Assembly (NCBI GenBank): GCA_040753015.1
Contig: JBFMHM010000003.1
Location: 218 to 64,217 of the forward strand
Source of the DNA: Candidatus Omnitrophota bacterium
GTDB lineage: Bacteria; Omnitrophota; Gorgyraeia; Gygaellales; JBFMHM01
Reading direction: 5' to 3'
DNA length: 64,000 nt
Position 1 is the first letter of the stretch. Every line of letters begins with the position of its first letter. Both the position numbers and the translations under genes were made by a program. The notes beneath the pieces are model-generated. The model was not told the DNA's origin. It made no database searches and saw only the letters and a list, made by a program, of their open reading frames with translations. Of the stretch, positions 18,491-28,884 are shown in pieces.

Positions 18491-19067
18491 ATAATTTTTC
18501 GCTTTTAAAAGTAAGCTCAATTTTTTGCTTATAATTTTCAAACTTCTTTATATTGTTAAGATAAAAATTATGAAAAATTGTTGAATAATCCAAAGGGCTT
18601 GCTAGTTTTAAATCAAGCTCTAATTTATTTACAATTTTTTTAATCTTTCGCTGGCTACTTGATTCAATCTCTAAAAAATAACCTAAAAATGGTAGCTTAT
18701 CTACAAGCAACAAACAACTATCCAATCTATAAGTTTCTCTAATTTTTTCTTTACGCATTGACTCTTTAAAACCTAACCGCTTTAATATATATAAGATACT
18801 TTTTGCACTATCTACAAATGATTCAATTTCATTACGCTGCTTAAAAAATTTTGTATCGCTGCCTCCATACTTTAATGTCAATAAGCCTTTTTTTCCGTAA
18901 TCTCTTAAACGAAAAATTAATTCTTTATTATTTTTAGAAAAACTTGGAGATTTAAAATAAATATCAGCTTCTTTAGCTTTTCCTAAAAATTTTGCTTTTA
19001 TTTTATTTAGCTTATTTTTTATCTCTTCTGTATTATTTAATTTAAATTTTAATTCTATCTCCATCAA
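18465..19067 (-). CDS. CYTH-domain protein (triphosphate tunnel metalloenzyme / CyaB-like)
   Basis: N-terminal EIELKF (ExExK) motif, then further alternating acidic/basic beta-strand motifs (FRLRD, LTLKYGG, EIE). 200 aa. Confidence 0.7.
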   Translation of the reverse strand: MMEIELKFKLNNTEEIKNKLNKIKAKFLGKAKEADIYFKSPSFSKNNKELIFRLRDYGKKGLLTLKYGGSDTKFFKQRNEIESFVDSAKSILYILKRLGFKESMRKEKIRETYRLDSCLLLVDKLPFLGYFLEIESSSQRKIKKIVNKLELDLKLASPLDYSTIFHNFYLNNIKKFENYKQKIELTFKSEKLFKGFCGLI

Positions 19068-19094
19068 GTATATCCTCTTGCCTATCCTTTATTA

Positions 19095-20213
19095 TCACTT
19101 ATCTATATATACATGGTTAAGCCGTCCAAAACCACAAACTATTTCATAAGCAATAGTAGATGCTTTATCCGCAAGTTCACTAGCGGTAATTTTATTGTTT
19201 TTTGATTCTCCTAATAAAATAACTTCATCTTCAAATTTTGCTCTTGAGCTACTGCCTAAATCAACTAAAATCTGGTCCATACAAACCCGCCCGGCAATTC
19301 TATACCGCTTATCATTAATTATAACATCGGCCTTATTTGATAGAACTCTGGGGTAACCATCACCATATCCTAAAGGTAATGTAGCAATATAACGGCTTGT
19401 TTTTGCAATATAGGTATGGCCGTAACTAATACCTTGGCCTCGGGATACTTTTTTTATAAAAATAATTTTTGTTTTAACACTCATCAAGGGCCTTAAATGT
19501 AATTTAAGGTTCTCCTTGGGAGACAAACCATAAATTACTATTCCAGGACGAATTAAGTTAAAATGGCTTAAGCTATATTTTAAAACACCCACACTATTTG
19601 CTGCATGAATTAATGGTATATCAATACTAGAACGGCTTAATTGAACTAATATATTATTAAATAAACTAATCTGATAATAAGTATATTCTTTATCGCTATC
19701 GGCTTTTGGAAAATGCGTAAACAATCCCTCTATTTTAATTGATTTTAACTTGTTCGTATCTCTAATAAAATTAAAAGCATCGCTATAATTTATACCTAAT
19801 CTCCCCATACCCGTGTCAATTTTTATATGTATCGGGCTTATCAAACCCCTCCTGGCTGATTCTTTATCTAGAATCAATGCCTGTTCTCTGCTGCAAATTG
19901 TAGGAGTTAATTTAAACCTAGGCAATAAATGAATATCCTTATTAAATATGAGGCTTAAGATTAAAATTGGCAATTTTATATTTGCTTCTCTTAATTTAAT
20001 TGCCTCATCAATATCCCTAACACCAAGAAAATCAACACCTAGATCAATGAGTTTTTTTGATATAGGTATTAAACCATGGCCGTAGGCATCAGATTTCACT
20101 GGCACAAGAATTTTTGTCTTAGGCCTAATAATACTTTTTATATGCTTAAAATTATACTCTAGATTTTTTAAATTTATCTCGGCCTGCGTTTGTCTAAAAA
20201 AATTATTTATCAT
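19095..20213 (-). CDS. alr: alanine racemase
   Basis: PLP-lysine motif VPVKSDAYGHG. 372 aa. Confidence 0.9.
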   Translation of the reverse strand: MINNFFRQTQAEINLKNLEYNFKHIKSIIRPKTKILVPVKSDAYGHGLIPISKKLIDLGVDFLGVRDIDEAIKLREANIKLPILILSLIFNKDIHLLPRFKLTPTICSREQALILDKESARRGLISPIHIKIDTGMGRLGINYSDAFNFIRDTNKLKSIKIEGLFTHFPKADSDKEYTYYQISLFNNILVQLSRSSIDIPLIHAANSVGVLKYSLSHFNLIRPGIVIYGLSPKENLKLHLRPLMSVKTKIIFIKKVSRGQGISYGHTYIAKTSRYIATLPLGYGDGYPRVLSNKADVIINDKRYRIAGRVCMDQILVDLGSSSRAKFEDEVILLGESKNNKITASELADKASTIAYEIVCGFGRLNHVYIDK

Positions 20214-20896
20214 TTTCTAACCTGACAATGTTTCGGATATATATATAAGGGTTTTAATTTATCTATGCTAATAAATTTTTTATCTCGATACATCTGTTTT
20301 GCAGCCAAGCATAAATTTTTTGCCCGAGGGTACCAAAACGCTTCATCTAAAATTATGCTATTCTTTAAAGAGTTTCTAATCTTATCTCTATAAATACCTA
20401 GACCATTACCTAAAAAATATGTCGGGGCACAGAATATTTTGTCCCTACAAATATTTAAAACAGAATCCACACTTAATAATTTAATAAACCACTGTCTAGT
20501 TATCAAACCATTCTTTTTTTTATAAAAACCAGAATATAATAAATTTCTTTTTGCATCAATAATCACACATATATTTCCGTCTTCTCTAACATTATAAGCA
20601 ATCAAATCAAGCGAACAAATACCGATTATTTTTTTATTCATACAAAAACTAAGCGCTTTGATTGTTGCCGTAGCAATACGTAGTCCGGTGAATGAACCAG
20701 GACCAAGGCCAACAGAAAATGCATCAAAATCAACTAATTTTAATTTATATTTTTTTAATAATTTGTGAATTGTCGGAATTATAATATCGGAAGTCCTTAA
20801 TTTTGCATGAATATCAACTGTCGATAAAACTTGCCCCCTAAAAAGTATACCAATAGATAAATATTCGGTTGACGTATCGATACACAAAATATTCAT
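20210..20896 (-). CDS. tsaB: tRNA threonylcarbamoyladenosine biosynthesis protein TsaB
   Basis: MNILCIDTST N-terminus of the YeaZ family. 228 aa. Confidence 0.85.
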   Translation of the reverse strand: MNILCIDTSTEYLSIGILFRGQVLSTVDIHAKLRTSDIIIPTIHKLLKKYKLKLVDFDAFSVGLGPGSFTGLRIATATIKALSFCMNKKIIGICSLDLIAYNVREDGNICVIIDAKRNLLYSGFYKKKNGLITRQWFIKLLSVDSVLNICRDKIFCAPTYFLGNGLGIYRDKIRNSLKNSIILDEAFWYPRAKNLCLAAKQMYRDKKFISIDKLKPLYIYPKHCQVRK

Positions 20897-21342
20897 AGTA
20901 ATTTAATAAGATTTATATATCTTGGTCCATGCGGTTTAAATTCTATTGTGCGAGATTTATTATTGTTTATCCTAAAGTTTATCAAAAGATATTCCTTTGG
21001 CAACAACTCTCTTGCTCTGTCAGCCCATTCAATAATACTAACCCCACAACCATCTAGGTATTCTTCAAAACCTATTAGATAGAGCTCTCTTAAATCTTTA
21101 ACCCTATATAAATCAAAATGATATATTGAGAATTTTGTTTTATATTCCTGCATCAATACAAATGATGGACTAATTACCTTTTCTTTTTTTATACCAAGAC
21201 CAAAGGCAAGCCCTTTAGCAAAAACAGTTTTTCCGGAACCAAGTTCACCTGTTAAAGCCAAAACATCTCTTTCTTTTAAATGATGCGAAATTTTTTTAGC
21301 AAAATTAATTGTCTCTTTAACTTGTTTTGTTATTATCTTCAT
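20893..21342 (-). CDS. tsaE: tRNA threonylcarbamoyladenosine biosynthesis ATPase TsaE
   Basis: P-loop GELGSGKT. 149 aa. Between thiL and tsaB. Confidence 0.85.
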   Translation of the reverse strand: MKIITKQVKETINFAKKISHHLKERDVLALTGELGSGKTVFAKGLAFGLGIKKEKVISPSFVLMQEYKTKFSIYHFDLYRVKDLRELYLIGFEEYLDGCGVSIIEWADRARELLPKEYLLINFRINNNKSRTIEFKPHGPRYINLIKLL

Positions 21343-22232
21343 TAAAAGTGCTTAAAACCCTTTGGTTTCAAGGTAATTTCTTTACAATTTTTGTTAATAA
21401 ATTTTACACCAAGAATTTTATCTACAACTTCTCCGATCTCATAGAAATTTTTATCTTTTATAAGCTTTTTAGCATACTCTTTAGGCACTGTAAACAATAG
21501 TTTAAAATCTTCGCCCATAAACAAAGCCTCATGAATGTTTGATTGAGCATTTATTGGAATTAAGTTTTCATAAAGCACTATTCCAACATTACTTTGTTTT
21601 GCAATAATATTTGTACTAATCGCCAAACTATCTGATAAATCAATCATTGAATTAATTTTGAAATTACTAACCAAATATTGGGCTTGTTTTATTTGCGGCT
21701 CAAATAAATAATGCCTTTTTCTAATTGATCCGCCGAGCGGGCCGCTCACAAATAAAAGATCTCCCTTCCTTGCCCTATCTCGCAAAATTAATTTAGCTTT
21801 GCTGACTTCGCCAATTACTGTTACATCTATGACAATTTTTTGTGACCTAACTGTATCCCCGCCAACAATATTAATTTTGTATTTTTTTGCTAAAGAATTT
21901 ATTCCATGATATAAATCATCAACAAATTTCATCTTTGTATTTTTAGGCAAACCAATGCTAACATTTGCATACTTTGGAATTCCTCCCATTGCTGCAATAT
22001 CACTCAAAGAAACCGCTAAGGCCTTTCTACCGATATAAAACACAGGGATCATCTTCGTAAAATGCACTCCCTCGACTAGCATATCACTAGTTAACAATAA
22101 ATACTTATCTTTTGTATATTTTAAAACTGCCGTATCATCGCCAATACCACAAACAACATCTTTAGAAACTATTATATTTTTCTTAATCCTTTCAATTAAT
22201 CTAAATTCTCCGATCTGAATAATATTTTTCAT
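21342..22232 (-). CDS. thiL: thiamine-monophosphate kinase
   Basis: GDDTAVL and TSDMLVEGVHF motifs of the AIR-synthase-related ThiL family. 296 aa. Confidence 0.85.
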   Translation of the reverse strand: MKNIIQIGEFRLIERIKKNIIVSKDVVCGIGDDTAVLKYTKDKYLLLTSDMLVEGVHFTKMIPVFYIGRKALAVSLSDIAAMGGIPKYANVSIGLPKNTKMKFVDDLYHGINSLAKKYKINIVGGDTVRSQKIVIDVTVIGEVSKAKLILRDRARKGDLLFVSGPLGGSIRKRHYLFEPQIKQAQYLVSNFKINSMIDLSDSLAISTNIIAKQSNVGIVLYENLIPINAQSNIHEALFMGEDFKLLFTVPKEYAKKLIKDKNFYEIGEVVDKILGVKFINKNCKEITLKPKGFKHF

Positions 22233-23269
22233 TTTTCTAAAATTTTTGCTATATTTTCTTTAAATGGTGGATAAATAATACCTCTTTCCGTAACAATTGC
22301 TGTAATTAAGCCATTATCAGTTACATCAAAAGCTGGATTATATACTTTTATGCCTTTGGGTGCAATTGGCTGCTTAAAAAAATCATGCGTTAATTCTTTA
22401 GCTTTTCTTTCTTCGATAGGGATTTGACGGCCATCTTTAAGCTTTAAATCAAATGTTGAAAAAGGCGCAACAATATAAAAAGGAACCTTATGAAATTTTG
22501 CTAAAATAGCCAGGCCATAGGTGCCAATCTTATTGGCTGTATCTCCATTTCTCGCGATTCTGTCTGCACCTGCAATAATTAAATCAACTTTTTTTGTTTT
22601 TAGAACTGTAGCGGCCATATTATCTGATATTAAAGTTACATCGATGCCGGATTTTTTTAGCTCCCAGCTAGTTAAACGCGCACCTTGTAAAAAAGGCCGT
22701 GTCTCTAGGGCATAAACTTCTAGATTCTTACCTTTATTCTTAGCTTCATAAATTAAAGAAAGCGCTGTGCCAAAATCAACTGCCGCCAATGCTCCAGCAT
22801 TACAGATTGTCATTATTGTAACATTATTTTTTATTAATTTTTGGCCGAGTTGACCTAATTTTCTACAAAGAATAACATCTTCTTTATAAATTGCAATTGC
22901 TTCATCAAAGGCTGCCTTTTTTATTGAAGCCACATTATTATAGCCCATATCTATAACTTTATTTTTAATTCTCTCTAATGCCCAAGATAAATTTTTTGCT
23001 GTCGGCCGGGATGTTTTTAGATAATAAATAATCTTATCAAACTCTTTATAGAATAAATTTACATTTTTTGTTTTTATTTGTTCTGTGCCAAAGGCCAAGC
23101 CAAAACCAGCCACTACCCCAATAGCCGGTGCGCCGCGCACTTGCATTGTATGAATTGCTTTCCACACATCAGATTTATTTCTGCATATGATATATTTTAA
23201 TATTTTTGGCAATTTAGTTTGATCAATTAATTTTAATTTGCCACTCTTCCATCTAATTGTTTCTATCAT
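22229..23269 (-). CDS. mtnA: S-methyl-5-thioribose-1-phosphate isomerase (eIF-2B alpha/beta/delta family)
   Basis: 346 aa. N-terminus IRWKSGKLKLIDQTKLP... and RGAPAIGVVAG typical of MtnA/eIF2B-like proteins. Confidence 0.8.
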   Translation of the reverse strand: MIETIRWKSGKLKLIDQTKLPKILKYIICRNKSDVWKAIHTMQVRGAPAIGVVAGFGLAFGTEQIKTKNVNLFYKEFDKIIYYLKTSRPTAKNLSWALERIKNKVIDMGYNNVASIKKAAFDEAIAIYKEDVILCRKLGQLGQKLIKNNVTIMTICNAGALAAVDFGTALSLIYEAKNKGKNLEVYALETRPFLQGARLTSWELKKSGIDVTLISDNMAATVLKTKKVDLIIAGADRIARNGDTANKIGTYGLAILAKFHKVPFYIVAPFSTFDLKLKDGRQIPIEERKAKELTHDFFKQPIAPKGIKVYNPAFDVTDNGLITAIVTERGIIYPPFKENIAKILEK

Positions 23270-24051
23270 AATTTAAAAAACTCCTTAGCATTAGCTGAAG
23301 TTATCATAGCTATTTTTTCCAATGGTTCATTTTTTATTTTGGCAATTTCTTCAGCAACAAATCTGACATATGTTGGTTCATTCTTGGCCTTACCGCGGTA
23401 TATCTGCGGCGTTAGATATGGAGCATCCGTTTCAATAAATATTTTATCAAGCGGCACGATCTTCACAAGCCGGCGTAATTGAAAGGCATTTTTATATGTT
23501 ATATTTGCTGTAAAAGAAATAAAAAAACCCAGGTTTAAATACTCTTTTAAATAATTTTCATCATCAGAAAAACAATGAATTACAGCCGGAATTGGCAAAT
23601 ATTTTTTTACAATATTTAGAATGTCATCGGCTGCCTGTTCGCCTCGCGGCGAAGCCGAGGACCGGCTATGCACGATAATCGGCAAATTCAATTCCTTTGC
23701 AATTAAAATACTATCACAAAATATTTTTTTTTGATTATCAGGCTTAGATAAATTCCGATAATAATCTAAACCGATCTCGCCGATTGCTTTAACTTTATTA
23801 TTTTTTGCTAATTCTTTAAGTGTAGCTAAATCAAAACTACTTACGTTATCACTATCATGAGGATGGATACCGACTGAAGCATAAATAAAATCATAATTTT
23901 CTGAAAGCAGGCAAGAATTTTTGCTTGATTCTATAGTTGCGCCAACATTGATAATGTAATCAACACCTGCATCTTTAGCGCGTTTTATCACGCAATCGCG
24001 GTCAAAGTTAAAATCAGGAAAATCTAAGTGACAATGAGTGTCAATAAACAT
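23266..24051 (-). CDS. tatD: TatD family metal-dependent hydrolase
   Basis: FIDTHCHLD N-terminal motif. 261 aa. Confidence 0.85.
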   Translation of the reverse strand: MFIDTHCHLDFPDFNFDRDCVIKRAKDAGVDYIINVGATIESSKNSCLLSENYDFIYASVGIHPHDSDNVSSFDLATLKELAKNNKVKAIGEIGLDYYRNLSKPDNQKKIFCDSILIAKELNLPIIVHSRSSASPRGEQAADDILNIVKKYLPIPAVIHCFSDDENYLKEYLNLGFFISFTANITYKNAFQLRRLVKIVPLDKIFIETDAPYLTPQIYRGKAKNEPTYVRFVAEEIAKIKNEPLEKIAMITSANAKEFFKL

Positions 24052-24059
24052 CTATATAT

Positions 24060-25559
24060 TTATTTAATCTCAATTCGCGGGAATAAAGGATTTGTTTTTT
24101 TAATTATCTCTTTGCTTAGTACCTCTAAAATATTTTTTGATGTTTCTGGCATAAATGGTTCAAGGCAACTGCCTACATCTTTCAATAGTTTAACTAGAAA
24201 ATTAACGAAAATTGCTAATTCCTTAGTCTTATTTTCTTTAAATAAAACCCAGGGCTTAGTATCTTCAATTAGCTTATTTGCAAAGTTTATATTTTTCCAA
24301 ATTTCATCTAAAGCCAAATTAAAATTTAAACTTTTAATATTTTCAAAAACTTTTATTTGTAAATTATTTAAACCTTTTATCACTTCGGGTTGAAAATTTT
24401 CTAAGGCCTGCCTATCTGCCGCTGGCAGTTTACCATAAAAATATTTCTCAACCATCGTAACTGTTCTATGTAATAAATTACCTAAATCATTAGATAAATC
24501 ACTATTAATACGTTTAATTAAAAGATCTTCACTGAAATTACCATCTAGACCAAAAGGAATCTCTCTTAAAAGAAAATAACGGTAGGCGTCTAAACCAAAT
24601 TTATCGATCAAATACTGAGGACGCACAATATTGCCTACAGATTTAGACATTTTAGAATCTCCGATTAACCACCAACCATGAGCAAAAATCTGTTTTGGCG
24701 GTTCCAGACCAATTGCCCTTAACATAATTGGCCAATAAACTGCATGCTGCCTTAAGATATCTTTACCAATTAGATGCAAATCCGCTGGCCAATATTTTTT
24801 AAATTTCTCTTTTTCTTCGTCTTTGTCGCTTGAAAAACCTATGGCACTAATATAATTAATCAAAGCATCAAACCAAACGTAACAGACATGTTCTGGGCTA
24901 AAAGGAAAAACAATCCCCCAAGAAAGCCTTTTTTTTGGCCGCGATATACAAAGATCTTCTAATTTATTTTCATTTAAAAAAGTTAAAACTTCATTGTAAC
25001 GCGAACTTGGCTTAATAAAATCCCGGTTTGATTTAATATGCTCGATTAACCAATCTTGATACTTTGATAAAGAAAAAAAGTAATTCTCTTCGCTGATTTC
25101 TTCTAGTTGCCTTTTGCAATCTGGGCAGAGATTATTGGTAATTTGTGTCTTTGGCCAAAAAGTCTCACAAGGCGTACAATAAAAACCAGTATATTTATCT
25201 TTATAAAGATCTCCCTTTTTATAAAGAATCTCTAAGACTTTTTTTACCGTCTCAACGTGGCGTTCTTCGGTTGTGCGAATAAAATCATTGTAAGAAATAT
25301 CAAGTTTTTGCCAAATAATCTGAAAACTAGTTGCGCTACGAGCGGCAAATTCTTCCGGAGATAAGTTGCTCTCTTGCGCTACTCTTGCAACTTTTTGCCC
25401 ATGCTCATCTGTACCAGTTGAGAAATATACATCATAGCCTGCCTTACGATAACTTCTAGAAAGACAATCTGCAGCAACATTTGTATAAGAATGCCCAATA
25501 TGCGCAGGAGCATTAATGTAATAAATCGGCGTTGTAATATAAAATTTTTTATTATCCAT
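24060..25559 (-). CDS. metG: methionine--tRNA ligase
   Basis: HIGH-type motif (AHIGHSYT) and KMSKS. Zinc knuckle CTPCETF...CPDCKR. 499 aa. Confidence 0.92.
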   Translation of the reverse strand: MDNKKFYITTPIYYINAPAHIGHSYTNVAADCLSRSYRKAGYDVYFSTGTDEHGQKVARVAQESNLSPEEFAARSATSFQIIWQKLDISYNDFIRTTEERHVETVKKVLEILYKKGDLYKDKYTGFYCTPCETFWPKTQITNNLCPDCKRQLEEISEENYFFSLSKYQDWLIEHIKSNRDFIKPSSRYNEVLTFLNENKLEDLCISRPKKRLSWGIVFPFSPEHVCYVWFDALINYISAIGFSSDKDEEKEKFKKYWPADLHLIGKDILRQHAVYWPIMLRAIGLEPPKQIFAHGWWLIGDSKMSKSVGNIVRPQYLIDKFGLDAYRYFLLREIPFGLDGNFSEDLLIKRINSDLSNDLGNLLHRTVTMVEKYFYGKLPAADRQALENFQPEVIKGLNNLQIKVFENIKSLNFNLALDEIWKNINFANKLIEDTKPWVLFKENKTKELAIFVNFLVKLLKDVGSCLEPFMPETSKNILEVLSKEIIKKTNPLFPRIEIK

Positions 25560-25562
25560 ATT

Positions 25563-26822
25563 CTATTCTTTTTCCCGTCTAATCTTTGCACCTAGGGCTT
25601 CAAACTTTTTCTCTAAGTCTTCATAACCTCTGTCTAAATGATAAATTCTTGAAATATGTGTTTGTCCTTTTGCAACAAGCCCTGCTAAAACTAAAGCCGC
25701 AGACGCACGTAAATCAGAAGCCATAACTGTTGTACCTGATAAACTCTTTACCCCCTGTATAATTGCATGCGGCCCTTCTTTCTGAATTTGCGCGCCCATA
25801 CGATCTAATTCAGCAACATGCATAAACCTATCTGGATATATCTTCTCAGTAATAACACTAATGCCCTTTACTACTGAAAGCAAAGCCATGATTTGAGCTT
25901 GTAAATCTGTCGGAAAACCCGGATAAGGCAAAGTCGTAATATTGATTGGTTTTAAAGAATTATTTCCTTTTACTCTAATAGAATCCTTTTTGCAATGAAT
26001 ATGAGCACCCATTGTTTTCAATATATCTAATAAGCTGCCTAAATGATCGGGCCGGCAGTTTTTAATTATAATCTCGCCTTTAGTAATTAAACCCGCTAAG
26101 ATAAACGTTCCTACCTCGATACGATCGGGTATAATCTTGTAATCCGTACCTTTCAATTCTTTTACACCAGTTACTTCTATAATTGGAGTTCCGTGCCCTT
26201 TTATCTTTGCTCCCATTTTTATTAAGAAATTTGCTAAATCCGTAACTTCTGGTTCACAGGCTGCAGCTTCAATTATAGTTTTACCTTTTGCTCTAACTGC
26301 CGCCATCATTACATTATCTGTAGCAAGAACGGAAGAACCAAAATCACCGCCTAAATATACATGCCTGCCCTTAAGACTGCTAGCGTCTGCTTCAATATAA
26401 CCAGATACTACCCCCAGCTTAACACCAAGAGTACTTAACCCTTTAAGATGTAAATCCACAGGCCTAACCCCAATAACACACCCTCCAGGCAAAGACACTT
26501 TTGCCTTTTTAAGTTTAGAGATTAACGGACCTAATACACAAAATGAGGCGCGCATTTTAGAAACCAATTCATAATCAGCGATATGATTAGAAGTTATACC
26601 TATAATCTGAATTTCATCTCTTTCCATAACAGCTTCTTTACCTAATGAACGTAATATTTTAAGCATCGTAACGGTATCTTCTAAATCAGGCGCACCCTTT
26701 ATTTTACACGGTTCATCAGTAAGTAATGTTGCAGCTAGAATAGGGAGAACAGAATTTTTAGATCCGCTAATCGTAACTTCACCTTTCAGGCTAAGTCCAC
26801 CATCAATAACTAATTTATCCAT
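25563..26822 (-). CDS. murA: UDP-N-acetylglucosamine 1-carboxyvinyltransferase
   Basis: 419 aa. N-terminus LVIDGG..LKGEVTISGSKNSVLPILAA of the EPT family. Confidence 0.92.
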   Translation of the reverse strand: MDKLVIDGGLSLKGEVTISGSKNSVLPILAATLLTDEPCKIKGAPDLEDTVTMLKILRSLGKEAVMERDEIQIIGITSNHIADYELVSKMRASFCVLGPLISKLKKAKVSLPGGCVIGVRPVDLHLKGLSTLGVKLGVVSGYIEADASSLKGRHVYLGGDFGSSVLATDNVMMAAVRAKGKTIIEAAACEPEVTDLANFLIKMGAKIKGHGTPIIEVTGVKELKGTDYKIIPDRIEVGTFILAGLITKGEIIIKNCRPDHLGSLLDILKTMGAHIHCKKDSIRVKGNNSLKPINITTLPYPGFPTDLQAQIMALLSVVKGISVITEKIYPDRFMHVAELDRMGAQIQKEGPHAIIQGVKSLSGTTVMASDLRASAALVLAGLVAKGQTHISRIYHLDRGYEDLEKKFEALGAKIRREKE

Positions 26823-27594
26823 TATTTACTATCACCACCCTATCTAATTTATTGTAATCTCTTGTGATTCCAACTAATTTTAAATTTGAATTCTCTTCTA
26901 TCAACCTAATAATTTGATCTGTTTGGATAAAACCAATTTCGAATATAAAGAATCCTCTATTCTTAAGATAAATATGCACGTCTTTTAAAATACGCTGATA
27001 AAAATCTAAACCTAAGTTACCACCGTCCAAAGCAACCCTCGGCTCAAAACTAATTTCTTTATCCAATGTATCTATTGTATTACTTGGAATATATGGCGGA
27101 TTAGAAATAATAATATCATACTGTTTATTTTTTAAATTTTTAAATAAATCGCTTCTAATAAATTTTATTTGCTCAGCAGTATTATTTAATACAGCATTCT
27201 CCTTAGCTAAATCCAAAGCACTATTAGAAATATCGCTTGCGGTTATCTGTGCATGTTTAAAAAATTTAGCAATTGAAATTGCAATACACCCCGAACCCGT
27301 ACAAAGATCCAGTAAATTAAATTTTTTTAGGTTCAAAGATTTAATTATATTAATTGCCTTATCAACTAAAATCTCGGTTTCAAAACGCGGAATTAAAGCC
27401 CTTTTATCCACTTTAAAATCAAAACCAAAGAAATTTATTTTACCCAATAAATACTGTAAAGGCATGCCTTTCTTTCTTTCTTCAAGTATAGCCTCTAATT
27501 GTATTTTTACTCTTGGGCTGATCACTTGTTTAAAATAAAGACTGTCTCTAGAACAGCCTAAAATATCGGTTAGAATTAATTCTCTTTCTGTCAT
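26815..27594 (-). CDS. prmC: release factor glutamine N5-methyltransferase
   Basis: NPPY motif plus SAM-binding LDLCTGSGCIAI. Immediately downstream of prfA. Confidence 0.88.
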   Translation of the reverse strand: MTERELILTDILGCSRDSLYFKQVISPRVKIQLEAILEERKKGMPLQYLLGKINFFGFDFKVDKRALIPRFETEILVDKAINIIKSLNLKKFNLLDLCTGSGCIAISIAKFFKHAQITASDISNSALDLAKENAVLNNTAEQIKFIRSDLFKNLKNKQYDIIISNPPYIPSNTIDTLDKEISFEPRVALDGGNLGLDFYQRILKDVHIYLKNRGFFIFEIGFIQTDQIIRLIEENSNLKLVGITRDYNKLDRVVIVNNG

Positions 27595-28664
27595 ATGCGC
27601 TTATGTTTCTTTATTTCTTCTAACTCATTTTTTAAAAGACCATCTACAAATTCATCAATCTCGCCTTCCATAACTTTATCTAATTGATATATAGTTAAGC
27701 CGATTCTATGATCTGTAACTCTACGATCGGGAAAATTATAGGTACGTATTTTCTCACTTCGCTCTCCAGTTCCAATTTGAGATTTTCTAGCTTCAGAAAT
27801 CTTGCGCGTTTCTTCACTCTGTTTTGCATCGAGCAGCTTCGCCCGCAATACTCTCATTGCTTTAGCTTTATTTTTTAGCTGTGAACGTTCGTCTTGGCAA
27901 GTTACAACCATGCCTATTGGCAAATAAGTAATCCTTACGGCTGAATCAGTAGTATTAACTCCCTGCCCGCCAGGGCCAGATGACCTAAACACGTCAATCT
28001 TTAGATCTTTTGGGTTAATTTCAAAATCAATTTCTTTTGGCTCAACTAAAACTGCTACCGTAACGGTTGAAGTATGAATTCTACCCGATGCCTCAGTAGC
28101 TGGTACACGCTGAACCCGATGTACGCCGCTTTCAAATTTTAATCTTCGAAAAGCATCATGGCCGCTTATGCTAAAGATAATTTCCTTGAACCCCCCCAGT
28201 TCTGTAGGATGGCTTGACATAATCTCTACCTTCCAATTATGTAATGCGGCATACTTAGTATACATTCTATAGAGATCTGCAGCGAAAAGACTTGCTTCGT
28301 TACCGCCTGTGCCTGCGCGAATCTCAATAATAACATCCTTATCTAAATCATCATTTGAACCATAAAGATAAATTTCCAGTTCATTCAATAATTCATTTTT
28401 TTTATTAACTAAACTCGTTAACTCTTCCTCGGCAAGCGCTAAAAAATCAACATCATGCTTCTCCTTCAATGTTTTCTCTAAACTAATAATCTCGGAATCA
28501 ATCCTATTAAACTGATGGTATTTTTTCAGAATTGCACTAAGGACAGAGTGTTCTTTAGCTAGATTCTGATATTTAACCTTATCAGAAAGAGTGACTGGGT
28601 CTGATAACAGCTCCTCTAATTCATTAAAACGCTTCTCTAAAACTTCAAATTCTTTCTGCATCAA
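27591..28664 (-). CDS. prfA: peptide chain release factor 1
   Basis: GGQ motif (SGPGGQGVN). 357 aa. No internal frameshift site, so RF1 rather than RF2. Confidence 0.92.
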   Translation of the reverse strand: MMQKEFEVLEKRFNELEELLSDPVTLSDKVKYQNLAKEHSVLSAILKKYHQFNRIDSEIISLEKTLKEKHDVDFLALAEEELTSLVNKKNELLNELEIYLYGSNDDLDKDVIIEIRAGTGGNEASLFAADLYRMYTKYAALHNWKVEIMSSHPTELGGFKEIIFSISGHDAFRRLKFESGVHRVQRVPATEASGRIHTSTVTVAVLVEPKEIDFEINPKDLKIDVFRSSGPGGQGVNTTDSAVRITYLPIGMVVTCQDERSQLKNKAKAMRVLRAKLLDAKQSEETRKISEARKSQIGTGERSEKIRTYNFPDRRVTDHRIGLTIYQLDKVMEGEIDEFVDGLLKNELEEIKKHKRI

Positions 28665-28862
28665 TTATTTTTTATATTTTTTAATAAACTTATCAACTCT
28701 GCCTGCGGAATCAACAAATTTTTGCTTTCCTGTGAAAAACGGATGACAGTTAGAACAAATATCAACTCTAATGCTTGGTTTTGTTGAGCGAGTATGAATT
28801 GTTGCACCACACGCACACACGATTACTGAATCTTGGTATTTTGGATGAATATCTTTTTTCAT
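28665..28862 (-). CDS. rpmE: 50S ribosomal protein L31
   Basis: MKKDIHPKY... with the CxxC...CxxC zinc motif. 65 aa. Confidence 0.9.
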   Translation of the reverse strand: MKKDIHPKYQDSVIVCACGATIHTRSTKPSIRVDICSNCHPFFTGKQKFVDSAGRVDKFIKKYKK

Positions 28863-28884
28863 ATTAACCCCCTGTTATTTATTA

